From: the human T2T-CHM13v2.0 reference genome, Homo sapiens
Strand: one strand, 5' to 3'
DNA: 64,000 bases
NCBI RefSeq assembly: GCF_009914755.1
Contig: NC_060936.1
In this document: one piece after another, positions 1 through 11,790 of the stretch
How the letters are laid out: every line of letters starts with the position of its first letter
Position numbering within the stretch: position 1 is the stretch's first letter
Notes under the pieces: generated by a model
The model's input: only the letters and a program-made list of their open reading frames with translations
Databases searched by the model: none
What the model was told of the DNA's origin: nothing
Position numbers and translations under genes: made by a program

Positions 1-109
1 TCCTCGCCAACACTTGATATTATGAATCCCTAAAAATTTTGCAAATTGCCATGATGGGGACACTAAAAAAAAAAAAAAAAATTTTTTTTTTTTTTTTTTG
101 CTCAATTTA

Positions 110-381
110 GACCAGGCGTGGTGGTTCACGCCTGCAATCCTAGCACGTTGGGAGGCTGAAATAGGAGAACTGCTTAAGTCCAGGGAGTTCAGACCAGCCA
201 AGGTAACATAGTGAGACTTCATCTCTACAAAAAATTTAAAAATTAGCTGGACATGGTGGTGCACACCTGTGGTCCCAGCTACTCGGCAGGCTTGAGCCTA
301 GAAGTATGAGGCTACAGTGAGCTGTGATTGCACCACTGCACTCCAGCCTGGACAACAGAATGAGACTCTGTCTCAAAAAAA
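110..381 (+). mobile_element. AluJ-like
   Basis: Diverged Alu dimer. Confidence 0.85.
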
Positions 382-1345
<964 letters not shown>

Positions 1346-2083
1346 GGGAAAATCCCACCCCCTTTATTTCATTTATAATATAAAGTTCTTAAAAAACTAT
1401 TCTTCATTGTTTATCTGCCTGATTCTCACTTCCTACTTCCAGATGACAGGGTTCCAGACGACAAAGAGGTAAAATAAAAATTACCCATAGGCAAGACAAA
1501 GGAGCATGGGAAAATGAGGGAAAGGAGACAAAAAAAAAAAAGAGAAATGCTCTTAAGGTGGGACAATTTTTCCCCTACACTTCAAGAAGCAACTTTATGT
1601 ATCAATATTTTGCCACATTCAAAGTAAGGTAGATTTTGTGTGTTTAGGATATTTCAGCCACTGTCTAAATCAAAGGTGTCTCTGACTTTCATTGCTAGCT
1701 AGTTACCAATGGCAGAAACCATGTAAACAAAAAAATGTGAATGGAAGGGAATAGAAAGAAACATGAATCAATCAATGTGAGAACATGAACAAGAACTAGA
1801 GAGAATAGAGACATGGTGAGACAGAATAACATACTTGTATTCTTCTTGTGGAACCAAATGTAAGGAAGTCAAACCTCTGAGCTTAGTGCATTCATTGTAT
1901 CCTGGGTTCTTTGTTATCTCTGTTTACAGTCACTTGATGTTTTATATGGAACATAGAGAGGTTGATTCTTTACTGGATAATTGAAGTGACAGAGAAAGGA
2001 AAAGTACTATTAGGAATTATAGTAATGAGTAACAGAAAATACCATTTACTTGGAGGTAGGTTGGTAAGCATTAAAAAGAACTG

Positions 2084-2165
2084 AGTGAGCTGGGATCAAG
2101 CCACTGTACTGCAGCCTGGGCGACAGAGTGAGCCTCTCTCAAAACAAAACAAAACAAAACAAAAA
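2084..2165 (+). mobile_element. Alu 3' fragment with (CAAAA)n tail
   Basis: GTGAGCTGGGATCAAGCCACTG...GGCGACAGAGTGAG; AACTGAG on both sides. Confidence 0.8.
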
Positions 2166-3074
2166 CTGAGCAAAAAAGTGTTTGTTAGTAAAATACGCAC
2201 ACTAAATAATATAACCTTTAAATCTAATCATTGTACATAATAAGATTATATTCAACTTAAAATTGTATCTGTTTTCATTGTAAAGCTAATATTACACAAG
2301 TGGGAAAAGCTGTCTCCTAGGCAAGTGTGGTTTTAAGTCAACAGTTAATTAAATTACTTACAATGAATTTAGTTGTTCCTGGTTGAAAAGACATGTTGAT
2401 AGGGCATGGTGATTATCAAGGGACTTGTGTCCAATGCAGTGTGGCCAAAGTTTCAGGGCTCAGTAAACAGGAACAGGCAATAATAAAATCCTTTAACAAC
2501 CACTCACACAAAAATATCCTAATTTTTTCATGGTGCCAAAAGGGAACATTGTGATTTACTGATCTTCTTTTAACTTGCCAATTTGTAATTAGCTGCCTTA
2601 TGTTTAAAATCAGACTATTTTTCCTAGTGAAGCAACAATTGGGTAAGTTTTATTTTACTCAAAAGTACAATAAAAATGTATTTTACAGCCATTTCTTCCC
2701 TTGCTTACATTAGGTTTACGGTTAGAAAAACACTCTTAATTCCATTTGCCATAATGAGATTATTTACCATTACCAATAGCAAACGAATGAAAGATACATT
2801 TTCTAAAGCAATGGAACACTAATATTTTAGTACTCTAGTTGTCCCTGCTGAATCGGCATTTTAAAATGTTCGTAACCTGTCAGCTTCATGAAACCTAACG
2901 ATCATTGGTTTAAAACATTTTTGTAAACTTGAAAGTGTAGCTTGTGATAAACAACAAAAAAAGAAAGAAAAGAAAAATAGGGTTAAGTATTTTACGTATC
3001 AGATGAATTAACATGAACTGCAGGGCAAGACTTCTGTAGGTGGAGCTCATCCGATAACTGTGCTAAGGAACCTC

Positions 3075-3420
3075 CTGCCGAGTTCCTTGCTAGCTGCTCG
3101 CTCGCAGCGTGGTCCTCGGCCCCGACGCGCGCTTTCGAGCTTGTTCCGCAGCGGGCGCTGAAGAGAGGCGGCCGCGTCCGGACGCTCTGATGCGGTTGCG
3201 TACGTTTTCAGCGCTTCCCGCTCTCCACCGGTTGGACTGAGGCTTTTAAACTGCAGTCTGCTCCCGAGTCCGGCTTCCTACTCGGTCTGGTGCCCCCTGG
3301 TGCTCGTCCCCTCCACATCTTGAGTAGTTGCGAAGAGCACAGGGGTCCAGGCAGACAAGGATGCTTTCAAGAAAAACATTCCATGGCGGCAAGCCGCATG
3401 GATCCACATTTCCCGGGCCC
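3075..3420. promoter_or_regulatory. Second small CpG-rich segment ~1 kb upstream of the promoter
   Basis: Dense CpGs (e.g. CCCGACGCGCGC, GGCGGCCGCGTCCGGACG), not Alu-derived. Confidence 0.6.
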
Positions 3421-4169
3421 AGAGCCTTTGTAGACATTGCATGTGGACATTCAGGAGCTCTAGAGAAAGAGGGGGTGTTGTTTCACGAAGCCACCAGCAG
3501 AAGAAAGGTGGAAAATAAGTTTCAACCAACTACAAAGGCAGAAGTCAGCCCAGCCCCCCAAGTGTGGTCAAAGACCCATAGATCCGTAGACCTTATCTTT
3601 TCTTGAATCCACCGCTCCCCCAACCCCCCTTTTATTATTTTTCAGACAAAGCAAAGATAGAGTTCACTAGGATCCCCGATTTCAGTAAGGCAGCCCTTTT
3701 TTGAGAGCCAGAATATCCGTCTCGGCCGGGAGCTGAGAATGTGGCCTTAATTGATGAGGGGAGGAGGATGGAAGGTAATCCTCCGTGTCTCCTCCTCCAA
3801 TCCGTTTAATCAATATTAATTTCATGCACAATCTTCACAAAGTTTCTTTTCCCCTCCTCCGACTCAGAGCTCAGGCTCCGGTTATCCTGCTTTGCCCTTC
3901 CCTTCCACCCTCACAGCCCTGCAGTCACTCAACACTACTGAGGCTCTCTCCATTAAAGATGAACAACAGATCATTTTTCATTGCATGGCAACCCTAAGAG
4001 CTCTCTAGCTTAGCAGAGCATGATGGGAGTCTTTCCATCCCCCCCCCCACCCCCCGCCCGCTCGTTCCTCTTCTTTTTTTTTTTTTTTCCTTCCTTTCCT
4101 TCTTCCACAATTAATCCCTAAATAATGATTTTCCTAAGCTCGCGCGGACTTCGGGATGGGGTTGAGCGA

Positions 4170-4460
4170 CCCGTGATGACGCTCCCATCAGCCTTTCAGA
4201 AGGGACGGTTTCCAAAGAAAACTACAACTCCCACGAGGCATTAGGCTACAGCAACCGCAAGGCATCACGGAAGTCGTAGGCACTTTTCTTCTAGGTCCCG
4301 TTCATCCCCGCCAACCCGTAAACTATAAGTCCCAGGGTGCCTCGGGGCTAGCACGCCTGCGCAAAAGCCCCGGAGCGAGTTGGGGGGTGGGGCTGCTCCG
4401 GGCGGCGGGGGGCGGGATCCGAGCGGGCTGTGTGGAGGCTTCAGACTCCCGGCGCCATTT
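4170..4460 (+). promoter_or_regulatory. TATA-less core/proximal promoter motif cluster
   Basis: TGACG half-CRE 4177-4181; ACTACAACTCCCACGAGGCA 4221-4240 and ACTATAAGTCCCAGGGTGC 4322-4340 (ZNF143/THAP11-type); ETS CGGAAGT 4268-4274; NRF1-like ACGCCTGCGCA 4353-4363; GC box GGGGCGGG 4409-4416; YY1-like 4453-4460. Confidence 0.75.
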
Positions 4461-4807
4461 AGCGCGGAGAGTTTCCCGGGTGGACGCGGCTCCTCTCTCG
4501 GCCACTCCGCACCCCCATCTTCGGTGACAGAAGGCGCCTGGTGGGGGTGGCTGCTCTTTTCTCTCCCTGTTCCCCCTCACCCAGTCCTCTAGGTCTCCTC
4601 TCCTCTTGCCTCAGAGAAGCAGCGGAGCTCGGGCCCCGCGGTGAGCGGCCCTCCCCTCCCCGCCGTTCCCTCCTCCGTCAGCCCCCGGCACCGGCCCGGG
4701 AGGAGACGGGTTTGCCAGGCCTGGGGCGGGCGGGGAGGCCTCGGGGAAGGGGGGGCCCGCTCCTCAGGCGCCGAGGCTCCGAGGCTCCGGCCCTTCGCCT
4801 CTGGGCG

Positions 4808-4822
4808 ATGGGCGACCTGTGA
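4808..4822 (+). other. uORF1 (MGDL*)
   Basis: GGCGATGG context (G-3, G+4); stop TGA 4820-4822. Confidence 0.6.
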
Positions 4823-5086
4823 GGCCGGTCCCCATCGCTGGGGGCGCGTGTGGGAGGAGGCGGCCGCCCGAGTGACCGGGAGCCGGGCCGCGGCCTTCCC
4901 TCGCCCGCCTCGGCCCCTCCCACTCCTCTGCCCCGGGGCCGCCACCGCCCGGGCGTCGGACCTGGTCCCGTGCTCGCGGTGCCGCCGCCCTCTGGGCCTA
5001 GCCCGCCCAGCTCGGCGAGCGGCGGCAGTGGGAGCCGCGTCCGCCGCATCCGCCTCGACTCGGTGCCGGCCCCTGGCCCTCCCCTC

Positions 5087-5164
5087 ATGACTGCGGCGCC
5101 TCTGCTGCCACCGCCCGCCCGGCCGCCGCTCGCCGCAGGATGGATGCGGACCGTGCGGCGCTAA
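5087..5164 (+). other. uORF2 (25 aa, MTAAPLLPPPARPPLAAGWMRTVRR*)
   Basis: ATG 5087 in weak context; second in-frame ATG 5144; stop TAA 5162-5164. Confidence 0.5.
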
Positions 5165-5295
5165 CCCCCGTGGCTCAGCTCCCGAATCGCCCGCCTTCGA
5201 GCCCTCCTCGTGAGCCGCAGCAGCCTCGGTGCCAGCCCCCGCCGCAGCTGGGCCCAGCGGTCCGCCTGTCCCTCGTTGCGGCTTGTCGGTGCTGA
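5140..5295 (+). other. uORF3 (51 aa, MDADRAALTPVAQLPNRPP...LVAACRC*)
   Basis: GCCGCAGGATGG strong Kozak (A-3, G+4); hand-translated to TGA 5293-5295. Confidence 0.6.
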
Positions 5296-5429
5296 GTGAG
5301 GCGTCGTCCGGGTCGGCGCGAACCCGCCCGGCCGCGGTGCCCTGCAGACCTCTGCGCGGGCGGCTCGGCCCTTCACGCCCTTTTCGTTCACGAATCCGAG
5401 CCCGCTCGCCTCTCTCCAGCGAACCGACC

Positions 5430-6188
5430 ATGTCTGGCGGCGCCGCAGAGAAGCAGAGCAGCACTCCCGGTTCCCTGTTCCTCTCGCCGCCGGCTCCTGC
5501 CCCCAAGAATGGCTCCAGCTCCGATTCCTCCGTGGGGGAGAAACTGGGAGCCGCGGCCGCCGACGCTGTGACCGGCAGGACCGAGGAGTACAGGCGCCGC
5601 CGCCACACTATGGACAAGGACAGCCGTGGGGCGGCCGCGACCACTACCACCACTGAGCACCGCTTCTTCCGCCGGAGCGTCATCTGCGACTCCAATGCCA
5701 CTGCACTGGAGCTTCCCGGCCTTCCTCTTTCCCTGCCCCAGCCCAGCATCCCCGCGGCTGTCCCGCAGAGTGCTCCACCGGAGCCCCACCGGGAAGAGAC
5801 CGTGACCGCCACCGCCACTTCCCAGGTAGCCCAGCAGCCTCCAGCCGCTGCCGCCCCTGGGGAACAGGCCGTCGCGGGCCCTGCCCCCTCGACTGTCCCC
5901 AGCAGTACCAGCAAAGACCGCCCAGTGTCCCAGCCTAGCCTTGTGGGGAGCAAAGAGGAGCCGCCGCCGGCGAGAAGTGGCAGCGGCGGCGGCAGCGCCA
6001 AGGAGCCACAGGAGGAACGGAGCCAGCAGCAGGATGATATCGAAGAGCTGGAGACCAAGGCCGTGGGAATGTCTAACGATGGCCGCTTTCTCAAGTTTGA
6101 CATCGAAATCGGCAGAGGCTCCTTTAAGACGGTCTACAAAGGTCTGGACACTGAAACCACCGTGGAAGTCGCCTGGTGTGAACTGCAG
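5430..6188 (+). CDS. WNK1: WNK1 (with-no-lysine Ser/Thr kinase 1) coding exon 1, codons 1-253; phase-0 intron follows
   Basis: ATG at 5430 (CCGACCATGT) gives [25 protein letters not shown]60 is the Akt site. The kinase N-lobe [21 protein letters not shown] has Lys233 (AAG 6126) and VAWC has Cys250 (TGT 6177) in place of the usual beta3 Lys. The exon ends CTGCAG|GTAAAG at 6188/6189. Confidence 0.99.
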
Positions 6189-7558
6189 GTAAAGCCCCAC
6201 CTACTTTATTTGACAGTCCTTTGGATCCCAAATTTGGCTCGGCGAAGCCAGTTGATCGAGTTCACCCTTCACTTGGCATTCTCTGTTGGACTCCGAGTGG
6301 GACGGGGAGGCCAACTTTTGAAAGGGGCTGAAATTAGGAGAATGTGGAGCATGTGCCTAGGTGTTGGGATAGGATAAGAATTATTGGTAGCCAGAGGGAT
6401 TTGCTACCGGGCAGCGGTGGTGAAGGTCATCTTAGTACAAACGAATTGTCTCCTGGTTTAGAGTCTGGCAGGAAACTTGGAATGAGTGGGGAAGTTGAAA
6501 GTACAGATGCTTCTTCTTCTGTGCATTTCAGTCTCATCAAAGGCTCTGCAGTGATGAGCTGCGTCTGGGTGTAGAAGCGTGTTTTCATTCCTGAGATCAG
6601 GCTGTTCTTTTTAAATGAGAACAACCTTGTACCTTTGGATGTATTTTGCTTGATGGTTGCACAGGCATTTAGTATAAAATAATTATTAAAAAAAGACTCT
6701 TCTCTGCCCCTTTTGGATGTTTGATGTTGTTCTACCTAATGATGCTTAAGCCTTACAGTAGCAGCATTGCTCTGACGTTCATTAAACTAATGTCTTTCAG
6801 CCCATTCACTATACAGCGAATAGTATAGGAGCCCATGCAAAATTGTGTAAGTGCTTTGAGAGTCGTAATGTCATCATCATTGTTTTAATCTTATAAAATA
6901 TCTTTAAGCTGAACTTTCCCAAGAGTCCGAAGGAGTCGCAGCACTTCCTTTTTTAACCTCTAGTGGTGTAAATAATGGTGTGTCATTCCGGTTGACTAGT
7001 ACATTCTAGGTTTAAACAGCTGAGTTTGGGCTACTTGTTGCTTGACTTACTGAAGCAGCTTGCTTAAATATTGCCCTGATTGGGCATAGGTGAACATAGG
7101 TTATTAGTAGGAGCAGGTTTATGCTGAAGGAAGTCAGCCACATTATGCATGCATAAAAATTGCCATTATTGATATAGTAATCTTGCCAAGAATATAGACC
7201 AGCCTGATACAGGATATGAAAATAACTGAATGATCTTGGAACTTATTTTATCCATGAACTAATATGTTAACACGTAACCCTTTGAATGTCAGGTTCCAAA
7301 TAACTAAGGCCATATCAAATGTGAAATTAACACAGCATGTGGAAGTAAACTTAAAAACTAAGAAGTTCTTTACAAACATAATCATTTCTTAACTTTTACA
7401 GTTAATGATGTAGAACTTCTAAGGTAGTGTGAAATTAAAACTACTCATTAATTTTATAGTATTTTAGAATTGAAAAGGTGACAGATCTTTAAAAAAAAAA
7501 AACCTCGTCAAACGAAAACTGTTCATTTTGGTCAGTCATATTCAAAAAACTTAGTCTG

Positions 7559-7870
<312 letters not shown>

Positions 7871-9173
7871 TTATGTCCGATTCCTTTTGGTTTACAGGCA
7901 GAAATTTACAGGTAGACACATTTCTTTCTTGTACTATCGATGCTTATTGATACTGATGCTGGAATTTTATTCTTCCATTATAGTTTTATATTTGAATAGG
8001 TGCTTTTTAACAATTTTGTTTTCCTTAACCGGTTACCTTACTTTTTTAAGACTGGACCCAATTACTTGTTGAGCACTTTATGAATTAATTTTGTTAGTTT
8101 TAATTATTTCACTTCTGAGACTTCTTAGCATGTGATGTGTGTTTTCCTTTTATCACCTGGAATTTTCTGATACTTTATTATCTTGGAACTGATAATACAG
8201 TGAAAAAAACTTAATTTGTCTAATGTCACGATAAAAACTTTGTCCAAGCTTCTCAGGTTTTCTTAGAACTCGTAACTTTTTGGATTTTTAATTCTCTATC
8301 TAGGCATGGGCATTACCAAACTAAAGAAAATCTTACATCGCATATTATTTTTGAGTCATTTCAGGATTTGGCTGCAGAACTAGATGAATCCTAGCTTATT
8401 AAGTGGTACCTGGTTTAGAAACTTCCATGTTATTTGTCTGTGCTTCTGTAATTTTTTGTTTTGATTTTGAAAAGATTATCTTACCTGAAAAATCCTTTAT
8501 AGCAGTAGTTAGGCAGTATTTTTGGTTTTTTGACCAGGACACTTGCACTACATGCCTAATAAAATATTCAGTGGGTCAGTGTTTGAACTTTTATCTTTGG
8601 AGCCAAATTAAAGGACAAGCCAAGGGATTACTAAAGCACTGGAAAGATAGAAACTTTTTCGCTAAATGTATCCTTTTAATATACATATATTTCTGAAGCA
8701 AGACAGGAGAATATTGAGTTAAGTTGTTGAGTTAAAAATCTTAGTGTATTGAAACTGGGAGAAATCTTAGGTTATTCTGCCCAGCTATTTATTTGACAAA
8801 TAAGGAACCTGAAATCATAGAGCAGGTAAATAACTTGATTAGGTAGATGAAGAACAAAAGCTAGTTAGGATCTAATAATTTGGGAGATGACAAAGCATTT
8901 GTAGTCCAGTAGATGGCTAATAAGTCATTTCAAATGAAGCAATATTGTGTTGGTGTGGAAGTGGCTGTTGGATTTCTGGAGAAACCCGGTCCTTATACCC
9001 ATGGCAAATTTCAGGCTTCTGTTTTGGGTGTTGATTTTTATCACTTCAAATTGAGATATAAATAGGCTTTTGTGGATGGGTCAATATGGTATACAAATCA
9101 AGCTATTTTCTGTCATGCTAATTTTTTTAGAGTCATGCTATGCATTGCTCTTTAGTAAAACAAGCATCAATTC

Positions 9174-9175
<2 letters not shown>

Positions 9176-9205
<30 letters not shown>

Positions 9206-9360
9206 AAGAGACGGTTTTTACTCCGTCTATCTCCAGGCTAGAGTGCAGTGGCGCAATCTGAGCTCACTGCAACCTCCGCCTCCTGGGTTCAAGCGATTCT
9301 CCTGCCTCAGCCTCCCAAGTAGCTGGGAGTACAGGCGCACCCCACCACACCCAGCTAATT
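9176..9360 (-). mobile_element. 5'-truncated Alu (right arm)
   Basis: Perfect TSD ACAAGCATCAATTCTT at 9160-9175 and 9361-9376. Confidence 0.9.
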
Positions 9361-9621
9361 ACAAGCATCAATTCTTAGTAAATAATGCCTAGGTAATATT
9401 TTGATACCACAGGACCTTCAGTAATTACCGAGATGTTTAAGATGCAGATTTCTTTAACTGGTTTTATTAGACAAGTAGTGCACCTTAATTTTAATATTTG
9501 GTTGTCTTGGTCAGAAAATATTACTGTTGGGCTCTATCTGCAGAGTTTACATTGCTTTTCTAGAAAGGGATCTGGTTTTTCAAAAAAGATAGCATAATTT
9601 CCTTTAAGAAAACATTGATGG

Positions 9622-9966
<345 letters not shown>

Positions 9967-10230
9967 TTAAGCACCTTCCCAAGTTGCCTCTGAAGAGTTC
10001 ACATGATGCGTTATATGTTGATGAGATTGTTTCCACATCTACCTGAAAAGAGAGGTTAAATCATATTTTTGTTGAAGCTCCAATATACTTAACTGCTTAT
10101 TTTTCTCTGTCTTTTATTAAGACTGTGTGTCATGAGTACATGACATTAATATTTTGTGAATAGTATAGCAGTGTTACAGAAATGGGATGTGGTTCTGTGA
10201 TTAAGAAACCATCATTTATTTCTTTGCTAT

Positions 10231-10469
<239 letters not shown>

Positions 10470-11158
10470 TGCTATAGTTCTTAAAATATCTAATTGAACT
10501 GAATCTCTCTATTTGAATGTTGGTGATTTTTTCCCTCTTATCTTTTAAATTTGTGCCACATTCCTTATTTTTTAGGATGAGAATCAGCGTAACTTTCCGT
10601 CTCAGGGAATAGTTTTTGGAGTTTGTTCTTAAATCCTCAAAGTCACCGATTAGGAGTATTGGCAAATTTTTTTCTCTTACCTTTTTTCTGACCCGTAGTA
10701 ACACAGTCTGAGAAGTAATCTAAAAACCTGGAAAGAGGTTGTTTTTGTGTAAAACAAACCAGGAATCTATTGTTGCTTTGTGACAATTCATTTCTTGACA
10801 TTCAAATTCTGATGCAAGAGCCTAGTCATTTAAAATTTATCTTATTCCACCAGCAGCTTATCAAAGAATTTCAAAAAATAAAAAATATATGTATATAAAT
10901 ATAAATAAAATTCATCTTAGTTCATCCCTATGGAAACATTCAACTAAAACTGGGCTCTCATTTTCAGAAATCATCCTAAACCTGTTATTTGGGTTTTCTG
11001 GTAGTTTTTACATTTTTTTAGATAAAGCTGTAAAAGCAGCAAGAGTAGCTGTACTCAATTATCATTTCTGAAAATATTTAGCATACTATGAAATAATTCA
11101 TAATTACAGTTAGTACACCTTTGCTATACCAGTTCTTTAAATTATATTGATAATTTAA

Positions 11159-11491
<333 letters not shown>

Positions 11492-11579
11492 GTTTTGTTT
11501 TGTTTTAAAACCTGGTCTGCAGGAATAGGTGAGACTTAGCATGACCTCAGTTTATGTTTGAAGAGGCCATTTTTCTGCC

Positions 11580-11790
11580 TTGTAACATAGTAGTTAAGAA
11601 CTAGATTGCCTGGGCTCAAATCAAGGCTCAGCTACATAATTGTGTCACCTTGAGCAAGTTTTGTGCTACAGTTTCCTGTCTGTAAAATGGGTGTAAAAAA
11701 GAGTACCCATTTTATAGAGTTGTGCTGATTAAATGAATGAACATATATAAAACATGTAGGATAGGGCCTGCCACATAAATATTAACTGTG
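11580..11790 (+). mobile_element. MIR
   Basis: TGTGTCACCTTGAGCAAG...CAGTTTCCTGTCTGTAAAATGGG core. Confidence 0.75.

Larger units (their letters stand above)
4443..5429 (+). other. WNK1: WNK1 5' UTR (~987 nt, GC-rich); TSS approximate
   Basis: Inr-like TCAGAC at 4441-4446 downstream of the motif cluster, and YY1-like CGCCATTT at 4453-4460. It matches my recollection of the reference mRNA start. CpG-island promoters have dispersed starts. Confidence 0.65.
4130..6310. promoter_or_regulatory. CpG island over the WNK1 promoter and exon 1
   Basis: Very high GC with dense CpG, against AT-rich, CpG-depleted flanks. Confidence 0.95.

Noticed and set aside
4589-6103. 504-aa ATG-initiated antisense ORF over exon 1 and the leader
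   Set aside because: It is low-complexity Ala/Gly/Arg/Pro sequence with no domain. Stops are scarce at this GC content, and part is the shadow of the WNK1 frame. It would need minus-strand RNA and Ribo-seq support.
5388-6200. 270-aa antisense ORF
   Set aside because: Mirror of the GC-rich WNK1 coding strand; non-ATG start.
6189-6377. ORF-track extension of the WNK1 frame past WCELQ (VKPHLLYL...)
   Set aside because: Read-through into the intron beyond a canonical donor; kinase similarity stops there.
6551-6594. GTGATGA...CTGA C/D-box-like pair
   Set aside because: Only ~44 nt, with no terminal stem or recognisable guide; expected by chance.
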